Shown here piece by piece: positions 12,668 through 23,971 of a stretch of 64,000 nt of DNA. A program made the translations under genes and the position numbers. The notes beneath the pieces were generated by a model that saw nothing but the letters and a program-made list of their open reading frames with translations, made no database searches and was not told the DNA's origin. The first letter of the stretch is position 1. Each line of letters starts with the position of its first letter. Where the stretch lies: assembly GCA_002633005.1 (NCBI GenBank), contig NMRA01000040.1:742395-806394 (forward strand), in the 5' to 3' direction. Source of the DNA: Phoronis australis (taxonomy: Eukaryota > Animalia > Phoronida).

Positions 12668-15600
12668 ATGGCCACAGAGAATTATAATGTAAATAATGGA
12701 ACGAGCCACGACGATTCTTTTGATCGTGACATCCAGCAAGTCATGCAAGATGGACCGTCGCTAAACTCGATGGGTTCTGTTCAGGCTGGTGAGCAAGACA
12801 TCGACCTGTCCGGTGGTGACTCCTATGGGCCACCACAGAACCGTTCAGTGCCAACCAACTTTCCCAGATCACAGACTGTTCCCCCTGGTAAGTGTGCTTT
12901 AGCAGTTTCATTGGTTGATTGGCAGGAATGGTCCTGTGGAAATGAGATTCAAATCTAACACAAGTTGAGAGGCAAAATGTCCTAGCAGACATAGTAATAA
13001 GGGGCGCAAAAGTTCTTCTACTGTAGATTAGATTTTGAATTATATAAAACCTTTAATTTGCTTGTGTGGCTTCAGGTTTCGAAGTTTATGCAAGTTGAAA
13101 TCTGGTTGAATTTTTAAAAAGTTCAAATTTTGGATGAGCAAGTAACATTATGTTGATATTACTTGTCAAAAACATGATTGCCCTTTGAAGAGAGTGATAT
13201 ATCCCAAGTTTTTGTGGTTGGGTAATGGGTACTGTGGGGATTCAAGAGGTTTGAACCCATCCTACAAAAACAACACCAATTGTTAGGGACATCAGGAACA
13301 TGTTGTACTTATTTAGGCCAATGAGAAAATCACCCTTCCATGAAATTGTTGTTCCCCACTGTTCTAGAGATTGACACTTTTAGCCAAAATCTACAAGGAA
13401 AGCACAGTTCACATTTGTCAGACAAGTAAGGAGCAGTGTCTTGGTTCCTTTACTTTTATGGAGATGTCTACTGTTTTGTTGCTGTAAAAATGTCATGTTT
13501 CGATATGCCATGTGTTGATGAAGGCTGTCACGTGGTCGACTTGTGACCATCTGATGACCTGAACACCCTTTCAGTCGAGCCTTGCTGGTAGCTCTGATGA
13601 TTAAAAAACATTAATTTTTTCCAGACATCCCAATCACATGATGGTGGTTAAGCATCACACATCTGTGCTTTGTTATGGCAAATTACATCTCCGCCGTGCA
13701 CAAAACATACCCTTTGCTGTAGGTCAGACACTGACATGCTTTGTGTCTAGATAGGAACTTTTGGCCTGGTCTGTGCTCGTTTAATATCCGTGAACGTGCT
13801 GTGCACTCTGATTGTGCTTGTCTATTGATCAGTTGTCTGAACCTGACCACATATCAAGGTTTCTCGGTTAGATTGGTGTTTTCAGGCCATTAATTTTGTT
13901 TGTCTTTGTAATCAATGAGGGAAGGGTTCCTAGTCTGTTCCACATGCAAGCTTGATTTATGACCAGTGTTGATGCCTGTAATCAGAGAAATTGGATACCT
14001 TGCAGTTGAATAATGAATGAGATTGGAACTGTACTGGTTTGATCGGCGATGAGATAAGGAGTAGGTTGTGTTTTCATAATTCACTGTTCGAAAAGTATCT
14101 ACGTCAGGGATGTTGCTCATACTTGGTGTATTAAGGGGTTTTCATCGAATATGCCTGAGAAAGTGATTAGCTGTCAAAATAGATGAATATTTTGCATAAT
14201 GATATTAGTAAAGCAGTCTGTTGTTTGTCAACTGGTTGGTTTGACTAGAGCTGCTTTTACACGAGAGACAGTTGTCACCTTGTCAGTTGTCACTGCACGA
14301 CTTGCTCCACTTCAGTCGCATTTACATGACATTAGATCGCAAACTGGGTCGGCATAAGTCACTTTCATGTAGACTATCTGGACATGCTCCCATAAACAAT
14401 AGCAAATGCCCAAACCTCGTGGAATGCCAGCTGCTCACCCGAATATATGATATTGCGCAAGCGCATTGAAGGACGATCTATTTCTGCCCTGTTTTGCTTA
14501 CACATGTAGTTTACACTGGAGCAACTGATCGAGTGTGACTCGCTCTACCTATCAAACCAGTGTCAAAAACTTGCCGCTGCAGTGTCACTTGCACCGTGTC
14601 AGTCGTGTTTACATACACACTTGTACCCGATCAGCTGTTCTGTGTTAGCTGCGCCAGGTCGGCTGCGCCAGGTCGGCTGCACTAGGTCGGCTGTCTCAGA
14701 TGTAAATGCGGCTTAGGAGTGATGTCAGGCAACAATGGACAACTACCTGGTAATGGGGGCTGTTATTTTAGATGTCCCTGCTGTTGCTGATGTTGGGTCT
14801 AACAAAACAAGTGCTTTTTGAACATGCTGATGATTATAGACAACCACAAGTGCTTGCAAAATGTCTTTCAGCCAACACTTCCATCTCACTGACAAGTCCG
14901 CACAGCCAGAATGGCAGCCGGGGCGGTTCAGCGGGTGTGGGTGCATCGCGATCTCGAGCGGCGACCACCGGCTCTGCGCAGTCGAAACTGGACTCGTTCA
15001 AGTCTTGGAGCCTCAACACGTACAAGTGTACAAAGCAAGTCATATCAGAGAAGCTTGGCAAAACCAACAAGACGGTGGACGTGGAGCTAGAGACTCAGAT
15101 TGAGAATCTACGCGACATGCAGCGGAAGTACGCCAACATCCTGAAGTTGGCTCGCAGTCTCGCTAACCACTTCAGCCATGTGGTGCTGACCCAGCGAGCG
15201 CTCAGCGAGAGCTTCATGGAGCTGGCTCAGAAGTCACCGGAGTTGGAGGACGAGTTTGGCTACAACGCCGAGACACAGAAAGCTCTGTGCAAGAATGGCG
15301 AAGTGCTGCTAGGTGAGGTGTTTGGTTGGAGATTATTTCAGGCATACTTTCCCAATTAATGTTGTTGAATGTAATGGAGAAGTATTCGACAATTCAAATG
15401 CTTGTTTTGAATTGTAGTCCGAACACATTTTTTTTCCAATCCTTAGTAATTTTAAGCTTGTTTAGTTAGAATTCGCCTTACTGACAGCTTCCCCTGTAGA
15501 AGTTGGTCAATGAATAATATTAACTGGCATAACTTATTACTTATGTGACGTGTGAGTGCTTGAACACAGGAGGAGATTGACTCTCTTCTCACTTGTATGA

Positions 15601-18228
15601 ATCCTGAAGCCAATGATAGGTTTGTCGTTTGGATGCTCTGCTTATGTGGACAACTTGGTCTTGGTCAACCAGCTGTTCAGACAGGGCCTTAGAAAATGTG
15701 TTTGTGTACATACTTCAATTCTCCTTATTGTCACACCTGCCTTCTCTTCACCAGGTGTTCTGTTTTACCTCCTCACCATCCCTTGTTTATTACGCTCATG
15801 TATCTTAATTCAGGTGCCCTCAACTTCTTCATCTCCAGTGTAAACACACTATGTAATAAGACAATTGAAGACACTCTTCTGACCGTCAAGAACTATGAAA
15901 CATCAAGGTGTGTATTCCTGGATGATGTAACCTAACCCGTTCAGTCCATTGTTTTGTGTCTGTTCTGAAACAGTGACGTATTTCAAGTCATGGCTAATTT
16001 TCTGGTGAAAAAGGTGTGAAGTACTTGTTGATGTATTGTGTTGGTCTCAAGATTATGAGGGACATGGATGTCTTTGAAACTCCATATCTCAGAAACGGCT
16101 GATCAGATTCGAATGAAACTTTCTGTTATTATGAAGATGCACTTCTTCTGAAATACTGTTAGCAATTGTTACTGAGTTTCACTTTTGCAGAATCATCAAA
16201 AATAGGATGTTGATTTTTTATTAAAAATGCATTTTCTCAGTATTAGCTGCCAAAGATGATTTCAGTCACTTAGGTCACAAACGGGTTTCTCAATATTCCT
16301 TACTGTGATAGGACTTGATTTCTAGTACCAGCAAAAACACTGAAACCACCAACAAAGAATTCAGCATTGACTGCTAACCAGTGGCTAAATACCCTATTAA
16401 CAGAAAGAATTTTGTCACGTTATTGATATCATTGTTTTGTAAAAATGTATGTTTCCAATTATTGCAAAAATTGAGTTCTCCTGCTTACTACTTTCAGAAG
16501 ATAATGTATGTAATTTTTCTTTATTAAATTTTGTAGTTTTGTAGATATTTGGCTATTTTCAACCCATAATGTTCGATCTGTGAAATTGTTCAAAAGTCTG
16601 TTTCACTGTTAGTCTTTCATGGTTGTCAATTTTTTGTTGTCACAAATCTGTAGAAACTTAACTTTGGTAATTGGCAAAGTGCTAGTGTAATAGTCCAAAA
16701 TTATTGATGTATTGACTTACTGAATAATAAGTCCATGTCAGAATTCAATCCTTTTTCTCAAGAAGTTGCAGTGTATAAATGTCCTTTGTTGAATCGTCGA
16801 TATGGCCCAACCCTATAGTAGACCTTTGTTTGACTTTTTATTCTGAGACAATGAACGCTCCTATTGACTTGCCCCCTTTTCCTCACTTAGGGTGGAGTAC
16901 GATGCCTACAGGGCAGACTTTGAACAGGTGCAGTCTGGACCGAGCAGGGACGCAGGCAAGCTGGAAGAGGGGCGGAAGAAGTTTGAGTTTCACAAGGCTA
17001 AGTTTGATCAGCTACGGGCCGATGTGGCCATAAAGATAAGGTTCCTTGATGAGAATCGGGTTAGTAAAAGTTGTTGTGTCATTTTATCTTGTGCTGATTT
17101 GTTTTTTATCCATCTGGGTCTCGTTCATTTCAAGGGGCTGATTACTGACCCCAGGGGCTACTAACTTAAAACTTTCTGAAAGAATTATGGTTTCTTATCC
17201 ATTCTACACATTGTCTCCTAACGAGTTAGTTTTCATGGGTCTTTAATCAAGAGCAGTCGTTCAAAATAAAGTATCGTTTGTCTTTATGGCTGATAAATGC
17301 AGTTTGGGATTATTTTTTGATGGCAGAGACTTCTTGAAATTATAAGCTTGGAACAAAGTTATAAAACAGCAAAAGTTGTTCAAAGCGTGAGGCTGCTTTT
17401 GCCAGAGATAGTGTGTTGGATGCCACACTCCGATGATTTCTGTGAAATGACTTCTCTCACCAAGAATGTCCTTTTATAAATAACATGGAGTCGCATTTAC
17501 TCCCAGTGTGCTTGTTTATGTCTCTTCTCATAAACACCAGGGACCAAGACGGCTTATGTTTGTTTATTACAGGATACTTTACTTGCAAATTAACCAATGG
17601 TTACTTACCAGAATACCACAGCACCCTCTATGCCTCTGCAGTATTGACCCACAATGGTGCAGATCTGTAGGCTATTTGACCTTAGTTGTACACGGCTGTC
17701 AGGCTAACCATTATTGTGACATTGAAATTTGTTTGCCGTTTTTATTTTGAGTTGTAGTAAAGACAGCAGAAAATTTGAATAGCAAATTGAGGCTTGATAA
17801 ATCGTCTAACTAAGTTTAAAAGTGTGCTAGTGGATCTACCTTTTAAAAACTAGGTCAATCATGCAATGCGTTTTTCTGCCCAAACAACAAAGAGTTGAAT
17901 TCGGTTTGTGAGCATTATATCATGACATTTGAAAGTTTACTCAAATGTGCCACATGCTAAGTTAATAATCAATTGTCGAGTCAAGTTTTGAATACAGGTT
18001 GGGGCGAAAGGACACATTGATATTGAACTTTTTCAAATGACCTATTTTTACCTGTCCCATTTATTTTATTCTCAGGTTAAGGTGATGCATAAGCAGCTGC
18101 TACTGTTTCATAACGCCATCTCGGCCTACTTCTCTGGCAACCAATCAGCATTAGAGGGCACTCTGAAACAGTTCAGCATCAAACTGAAGTCACCCAATAG
18201 TGAGCCTCCGTCCTGGCTGGAGAACTGA
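12668..18228 (+). CDS. ARFIP2: Arfaptin (ARFIP1/ARFIP2 family, AH/BAR domain)
   Basis: Coding exons 12668-12887, 14872-15312, 15814-15907, 16891-17059 and 18076-18228; phases 1,1,2,0 are consistent. Motifs [56 protein letters not shown] and [21 protein letters not shown]...PSWLE are arfaptin hallmarks. It is probably a single invertebrate pro-orthologue of ARFIP1 and ARFIP2. Confidence 0.93.
14249..14713. mobile_element. PIF/Harbinger-like MITE in an arfaptin intron
   Basis: Imperfect TIRs AGCTGCTTTTACA...TGTAAATGCGGCT, a 3-bp duplication TAG on both sides, and an internal 14-bp tandem gctgcgccaggtcg x3 (about 14648-14692). Confidence 0.65.
15936..16285. mobile_element. Degenerate piggyBac-like MITE
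   Basis: Ends are AA-CCCGTT...AACGGG-TT, and the TTAA sites are imperfect. Confidence 0.35.
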
Positions 18229-19190
18229 CGTCTGGCTGGAGAATAGCTTCTACGTGATATGAGATGGTGATCGCTGAAGCCTTGGTCATTGACAGTCATG
18301 TTTTGTAGCAAGCAAGATAGGCGTGCTGACATGGAGACTGTCAGTGTGATACTGTTCCATTGGGAAAGGTGGTTCTACTCGACAATTAACTCTGGTATTG
18401 TTGACGTCCATAATGGATTTGTCGGAGAATCATAAGTATTTATTAATTGCAAATCAGTAATTCGTGAAAGTCACGTCTGGCATTATTCCGTTACAGAGGT
18501 TGGTAGTGTTGGCGACGTGTTCTGGCATATACAGCGCTGTAGGATCATAAATATGTTAATACTAGTCACCAGTCAGTAATACTCGAAAGTGTGGTCTGGT
18601 AATAACAGTAGTTGACAGTGTCCGTAACAGTTTTTTTTTTGCGCGAGGGATAGTGTCGAATCAAAGTCCAGGAGCCATTGCCAGTAGCTGTGTTGTGAAA
18701 GCTAGGCCTGGCAGTATTCAAAGAGTTGGTAGTGCTGAACTAGTGTATAGATGAAGAGCAATGCCTGTTCATGGGAACAATTGGTTATGAAAATTAAGTC
18801 TGGTGCTGACGCAGTGTCCGTTACATGGTTTTTGCTTGCAATCCTCGTGACAGTATTTAAATAATTCATTCACATTGCCCTTGAGCGAAAATTAAGATGG
18901 CCGCGCTGGTTCAAAATTGGCAGAAAGAACTGCCATTGAATATTGTAACCCTAATCATTAAATTTCTGTCTCCAGTAAAACGAGGCTTCAACGTGCAAGA
19001 TCTTTGTCCTGATATTTTGAAATACATATTGTATTAACCAATAATACAGTATTTAATTGCAAATCAATATACCTTGGTGGTGTCAAGACAAAAAATTGAA
19101 CATTTGTATACTCTGGGTTTCCATTTGCCTTGGTTTGTAATCTCGTTTTCATAGATTTGGAGAAAAGGTTCGTCATTGGTCTTTACAAGC

Positions 19191-19528
19191 ATTGTAGTAT
19201 GAGATGGTCACTTACTTAGAGTCGTGGTAGGTTGTTTGCAGTTTTGACCTGGTCTGCCAGGTCTTAGTCAATGAATGAGGGATTTCCCCCGTTTCGCTGG
19301 TTAAGAATGTTTGAATACATGAGAGGTAAGCGGAGGCCTCGGTCCCGATTCAGCGGCCCCTCTTGAATCGGGACCGAGGCCTCCACTTACCTCCCATGTA
19401 TTCAAACATTCTTAACCAGCGAAACGCGGGAAATCCCTCATTCATTGACAAAGTCCTGGCGGACTAGGTCGAAACGTCTGCAAACGACCTACCACGTCTC
19501 TAAGTAAGTGACCATCTCATACTACAAT
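19191..19528. mobile_element. Inverted pair of 5'-truncated Penelope-like element 3' ends, forming a hairpin with arms of about 160 bp
   Basis: Arms 19191-19352 and 19364-19528 are reverse complements of each other. From 19351 the sequence reads [21 protein letters not shown], the P-x-LNRD-x-G-xx-L-xx-Y tail of Penelope GIY-YIG endonucleases, followed by a minimal hammerhead-like motif. Confidence 0.8.
19441..19482 (+). ncRNA. Minimal hammerhead ribozyme-like motif (U3/A8 core variant) of a Penelope-like pseudo-LTR
   Basis: TTGACAA-A-GTCCTGG-CGGA-CTAGGTC-GAAA-CGTC: core, stem II and a palindromic ACGT in place of helix III. The opposite arm has a perfect stem II (GACCTGG/CCAGGTC) on the minus strand. 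Helix I is very short and activity is not shown. Confidence 0.5.
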
Positions 19529-20252
19529 TTCATAGATTTCTCGTAAATATGCAATTTCTGATTCTTCATGAAATCTTCATTCTTCCTTATCTTCCGTGCT
19601 CGTCATTTTTTCAGCAATGTTTATATATACATAAATGTATAGGTTGTACATTTAAGCGTAAGCGGTATATTAATGGAAATTGACATTCCATCGAATGTTT
19701 TTTGTTGTTGTATTTTTGGCAGATGTATCTCATTTTTGCATAGGTTATGGTTTTCAGAAGTCATGGTGATTGCAAATCATTTCTCTCAGCTCAGTGTTGT
19801 TTTATACCTTGACTAATATTTCTAAGACAGATGTTGTTTAATTGCTGTCGTGTAGTACCTTGCTTGTCCCCAATATTAGGTAGAGATTGATTTTTTCACT
19901 GAAGAATTCACTGCATGGATTGTTATGCATTGGAAATTTTTATTTTGTCTGTTCCAAATGTTTTGTTAAATTTAACCATATGATGTTCTGATGAATCACA
20001 ATGCTGTTATCATAATTTAAACAGACTATTCAGAGTCAATCTTGAGTGTTTGAATTGAGCAAACATTTAGCTTTTGATTATGTTTTTTGTTAATTATTGT
20101 AGATGTTAAATATGATGTAGTTTAAGACTTTTTGGTTTGCCGTCAACGCAGGGATGAACTTGAGTCTGTTATTGAGAGCATTTTGTTAATATATGATTGT
20201 CTTCCTCATTTTTAGTGTTTATGTTGTTGAGGCGTGTATTTATTGTCCTTTG

Positions 20253-20378
20253 TAGTATCTACTGTGCGATACTGTGTGATGTAATCACTATGGATTCAGT
20301 ATCTGCTGCATGATACTGTACCATGTGTTCACTGTAGGTGCAGTATCTGCTATGCGATACTGTGCCACGTATTCACTG
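20253..20378. repeat. Three tandem 44-bp units, each containing a 7-bp hairpin
   Basis: (C/T)AGTATC-N8-GATACTG at 20253, 20297 and 20341. Confidence 0.8.
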
Positions 20379-20437
20379 CCCAAGTAGAGCTAAGTGAGCA
20401 GTAGTCCCTCAAAGTTTGGTATTGGAAGTATGGGCAC

Positions 20438-20540
20438 TAGTCAGTTACAGTGGTCCTGGATTTTGAGAACCAGTTTAGTGCCTGTTGTTCAGTGCATAAA
20501 ACTGGTTCTCAAAATGCGGGACCCTGTTGGTGACAATTAC
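20438..20540. mobile_element. About 105-bp palindromic MITE, family B (other copies near 43955-44016, 44889-44988, 47860-47960 and 52885-53000)
   Basis: Shared core TTTTGAGAACCAGTTT...AAACTGGTTCTCAAAA and outer inverted repeats TAATAGTCACTT...AAGTGACTATTA, seen in five places. Confidence 0.8.
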
Positions 20541-23500
20541 GGTACTGAAATGTTCAACAAGCAGTCTGCTTACCGCACTATGTAGTTATAACATTAACCA
20601 CCCATTTTAGTTTTGAGCATGGATAACCAAGCCTTCTAGTCAAATTTCCAAGTTATGCTTGACTTAAGGGGCTTTAAATCCTACCTGCTTACTGCTGAAA
20701 CATGGAATAGGTTATCAACTTGATCCAACAAGTGATAAATTTTCTAGACGTGATGTTGCTTTCTGGCTTCCAAAGTAATTAGATGGTCTGCTGCTAAGGG
20801 TTGACAATCCTGTCAAAACTGGTGGTCCTTTTTACACTTCTCTTTATTCCCAGTGTCCTGAATGGTGTGTTTGGAGATTTAAATGATTCGTGTATTGAAA
20901 AACCCAACGTTTCGTGCAATTGAGTATTCTGGTAGTTTTTAAATTAGTAACTGGGCGGGATCGAAATGTCCCTTGAACACAGCATTCAAGACTATCTAAG
21001 ACATATGGACTGGTGTTCTTCCTACCAACTTTGATGACCGAGTGACTTGACGTTTCAGCTATTTGAGAACGATTCACAAGCTTTAGGCTAAGTATCAGTA
21101 AACAAAGGCACTAGGTATTTTTGCGTTTGGTTTGTCATGCGTTGTGCTACAAGCTTATAGCTTTCACCAACTTTCAATGCTTTGCCAAATACTGTACCAT
21201 TTTCAACTTGTTATTAAGAAAACAGTCGTCAATGCATACGAAACTAAGTCATAATGAAACGGAAAGCGCATTAACTACATTAGGTGATCGTTGTGTTGCT
21301 GCTTGTTCTGATGGTGGTGTTGGGTCAGATGTAGTTTTATGTTGTTTGTAGTCGTTTTCATTATGTGTACATAATGGGTCATCAATATTACACCAATACA
21401 GAATTTATGGTACAATGTCTTGCTAATATATTTGTCGATTTGCAAGGTTTGCAGTCACTGGTCATCCTTTCCATTTCAGGTTGAACACCTCGCTAAACCA
21501 GTATTTAAACAAATTTATAAAAAATTACCTAAAATTGCATTTAGGGTTTATGAACATGGGTGTACTACTTGTTTAAAATAAAAATGTCATATAAAGAATT
21601 TCTAAGCTTTAAAACTAAAATAACAATCTCCAATTTTTGGTAAACTTTTTGATAATTTCAAAGACATCAAGTTTTTCAGCAGTGTAATCTCACAAAGCTT
21701 GAAAACCAAGGTAAAATGAATTGGACTGAGATTTACCAAGGAACGCCTTCGGAGGAGGATATTTGTTCTACACTAGCTCCTATATATTACAGCCATGAAA
21801 AACCATGTTCTGGTATTAAATAGACATTCTTCAAGGTTAGAGGTGATTGCAGTCTTATCCTTTGGGAATTGCACTAAATTGCCTTGAATTCCCTTGACAG
21901 CTATACTGTCTTGCCAACTGAAGTGAACCTGTCGCGACAACTAAGTTACTTAAAATAGGCTGAAGCAACAACGACTTATTGGATCTTCTCAACCTAAGCA
22001 ACCATTTCTAATCTCCGTGAGTAAAAGACGAGACTAGTTAATAACTATTTTACACTAAGTGGCCTGAATTGAAAGCTTTTTTAACACTATGTCGGGTTTA
22101 TTGCTGTTATGGGAAAAGGAGAGCGTATCAAGCGGAAAAAGGGGCAAACAATGTGCATTCCACTTGGAAACTAGTTAAGTTGTGTGCTTATGTAATAAGG
22201 AGATTATCATTGATGTTACAGCTGCCATAGGGCCCAGTATAAGAAGCCATGAGGGCACAAAATGCACTCGGGGAATGTCACCATCACAACACTGGCTAAT
22301 ATAACCTCACCAATCTAGGACACTGTGTGGTTGACAAATTAAATGGTATGTTTTCATTTGTTCATAAATACTAGTAACACCAAATAAATGCTATATCGTT
22401 TTCAAAGGCCTACACCATAGCTGTCTGGCAATGATTCTGAGAAACTGCGGTCATTCACAACAAAAAGGTCAATTTTGGCAATTATTGTCTGAAATTGGCG
22501 AGATGCTATCATGTTCCTGATGTACATTTGTCCACATAAGAAACAAAACCAGCACAGTGAGTGATCTCGTCTAAAGACCATGTGAACGACTCTTTCTTAA
22601 GTATTATTACAATAATGAGTTAATTTACAGAGTAAACAACAACCATACAGTATAACAATGGATGGTCACAATGGTCCGTCACATCAACATTGACGTGCTT
22701 CAACACGCAACATTTAGCAATGCACACAGTCATGAAGAATGAGTCGTATTTATAAATGTTAAAGGGACATACAGGCTTTGTGGCCCAGAAATGCATTTTT
22801 GAGACTGATGGGATAGAGGAGCTGATCTCACAAAATCATTTATCTCGTCAACAATTTCCCTTTTCACTGTTAGATGTCACGTGTGAATGAATAGCCCGGA
22901 ATGTCGCAGCGCCCTCTCTGATTCTGTAGCATTCATCCACAATGCACTGTGTATATAGGGCAGCGAATAAAGACCATGGCACATTTTAGAACATTTGTTA
23001 CCCAGTTTGATAACACATAAACTGGCAAGTGACACATCTTTGAGAGATTCAACACATGAATAGCAAAGACTGCAGATGAAATAAAACATTGAGATGACAG
23101 GTCAATTCAAAGCATCCCACTAAGGACATCTGAAATCTCTGAGAAATATTCACATAATGCAATAGATGAGTTGCAAGATCTCACAGCAACACAATGACCT
23201 TAAATCCTTAGCAATATAGCAACCATGCTGAGGGACAAATAAGATACCACCCAAAAACCTGAATTCCTCACTGTGAATAACCATAACTCTGCTCCAAACG
23301 CCATCTGTTGGAGACATCCTGCGTCCCGACTATAGCTTCATACTTATCAACATTATGTTTGCAACGCAACGTCTTTTAGTTTTCATCCTTTGTTTGAATT
23401 GAAATTGGTTACTGTTGACCTGAAATTCCCCTAACCATAATACTGAAGTGGAGGCTAAAACTAACCCCCCCCTCCGTGACAGGCAATCGACTTGGCCTCA

Positions 23501-23971
23501 CTGAACAATAATATATTGGCAGTTCTTCTGAAGCCAAGAAATCATATCTTATCTGAGTGAGGAACAAGATAACAGTAAATGATCTAAATGGATAGTTGTA
23601 TTGACAGAAGGGTCCGGTTTATTGCACCTTCAGGTTTGAGTATAGGCATGACTGGGACTCAAACTAGGAACAGATTTACGAATATTCACCATGTAAAAAT
23701 GTCTAATACTTCCCAAGCTTTAGAAATTAAAAAGCTCCATCAGCCATGTAACCTTACTCGACAAAACAGTGTAAACTAATGTTAACTAATTTAAAATGTC
23801 CTGTTCATTAAGTAGAATTGATTTCTCGTTGATTGGTTGAATTTGAAGCCAAGATAAACAGTCCATCTGACTGCAATAACTGTGAAAACTCGACAATATT
23901 AGTGATGTCTGCAAATAGTTGTCAATGGAATGGAAGTAAAATGGTGTGCTTGAGCTAGGACAATATTTGTG

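Noticed and set aside
13511-13545. ttgatgaaggc...gtcga as another hammerhead
   Set aside because: It lacks the GAAA core and a cleavage triplet, and has no Penelope context.
14772-14871. Hydrophobic ORF start [10 protein letters not shown] as an arfaptin signal peptide or exon extension
   Set aside because: Splicing from the phase-1 donor at 12887 to the AGs at 14771 or 14839 gives stops. Only the acceptor at 14871 is in frame, and arfaptins are cytosolic.
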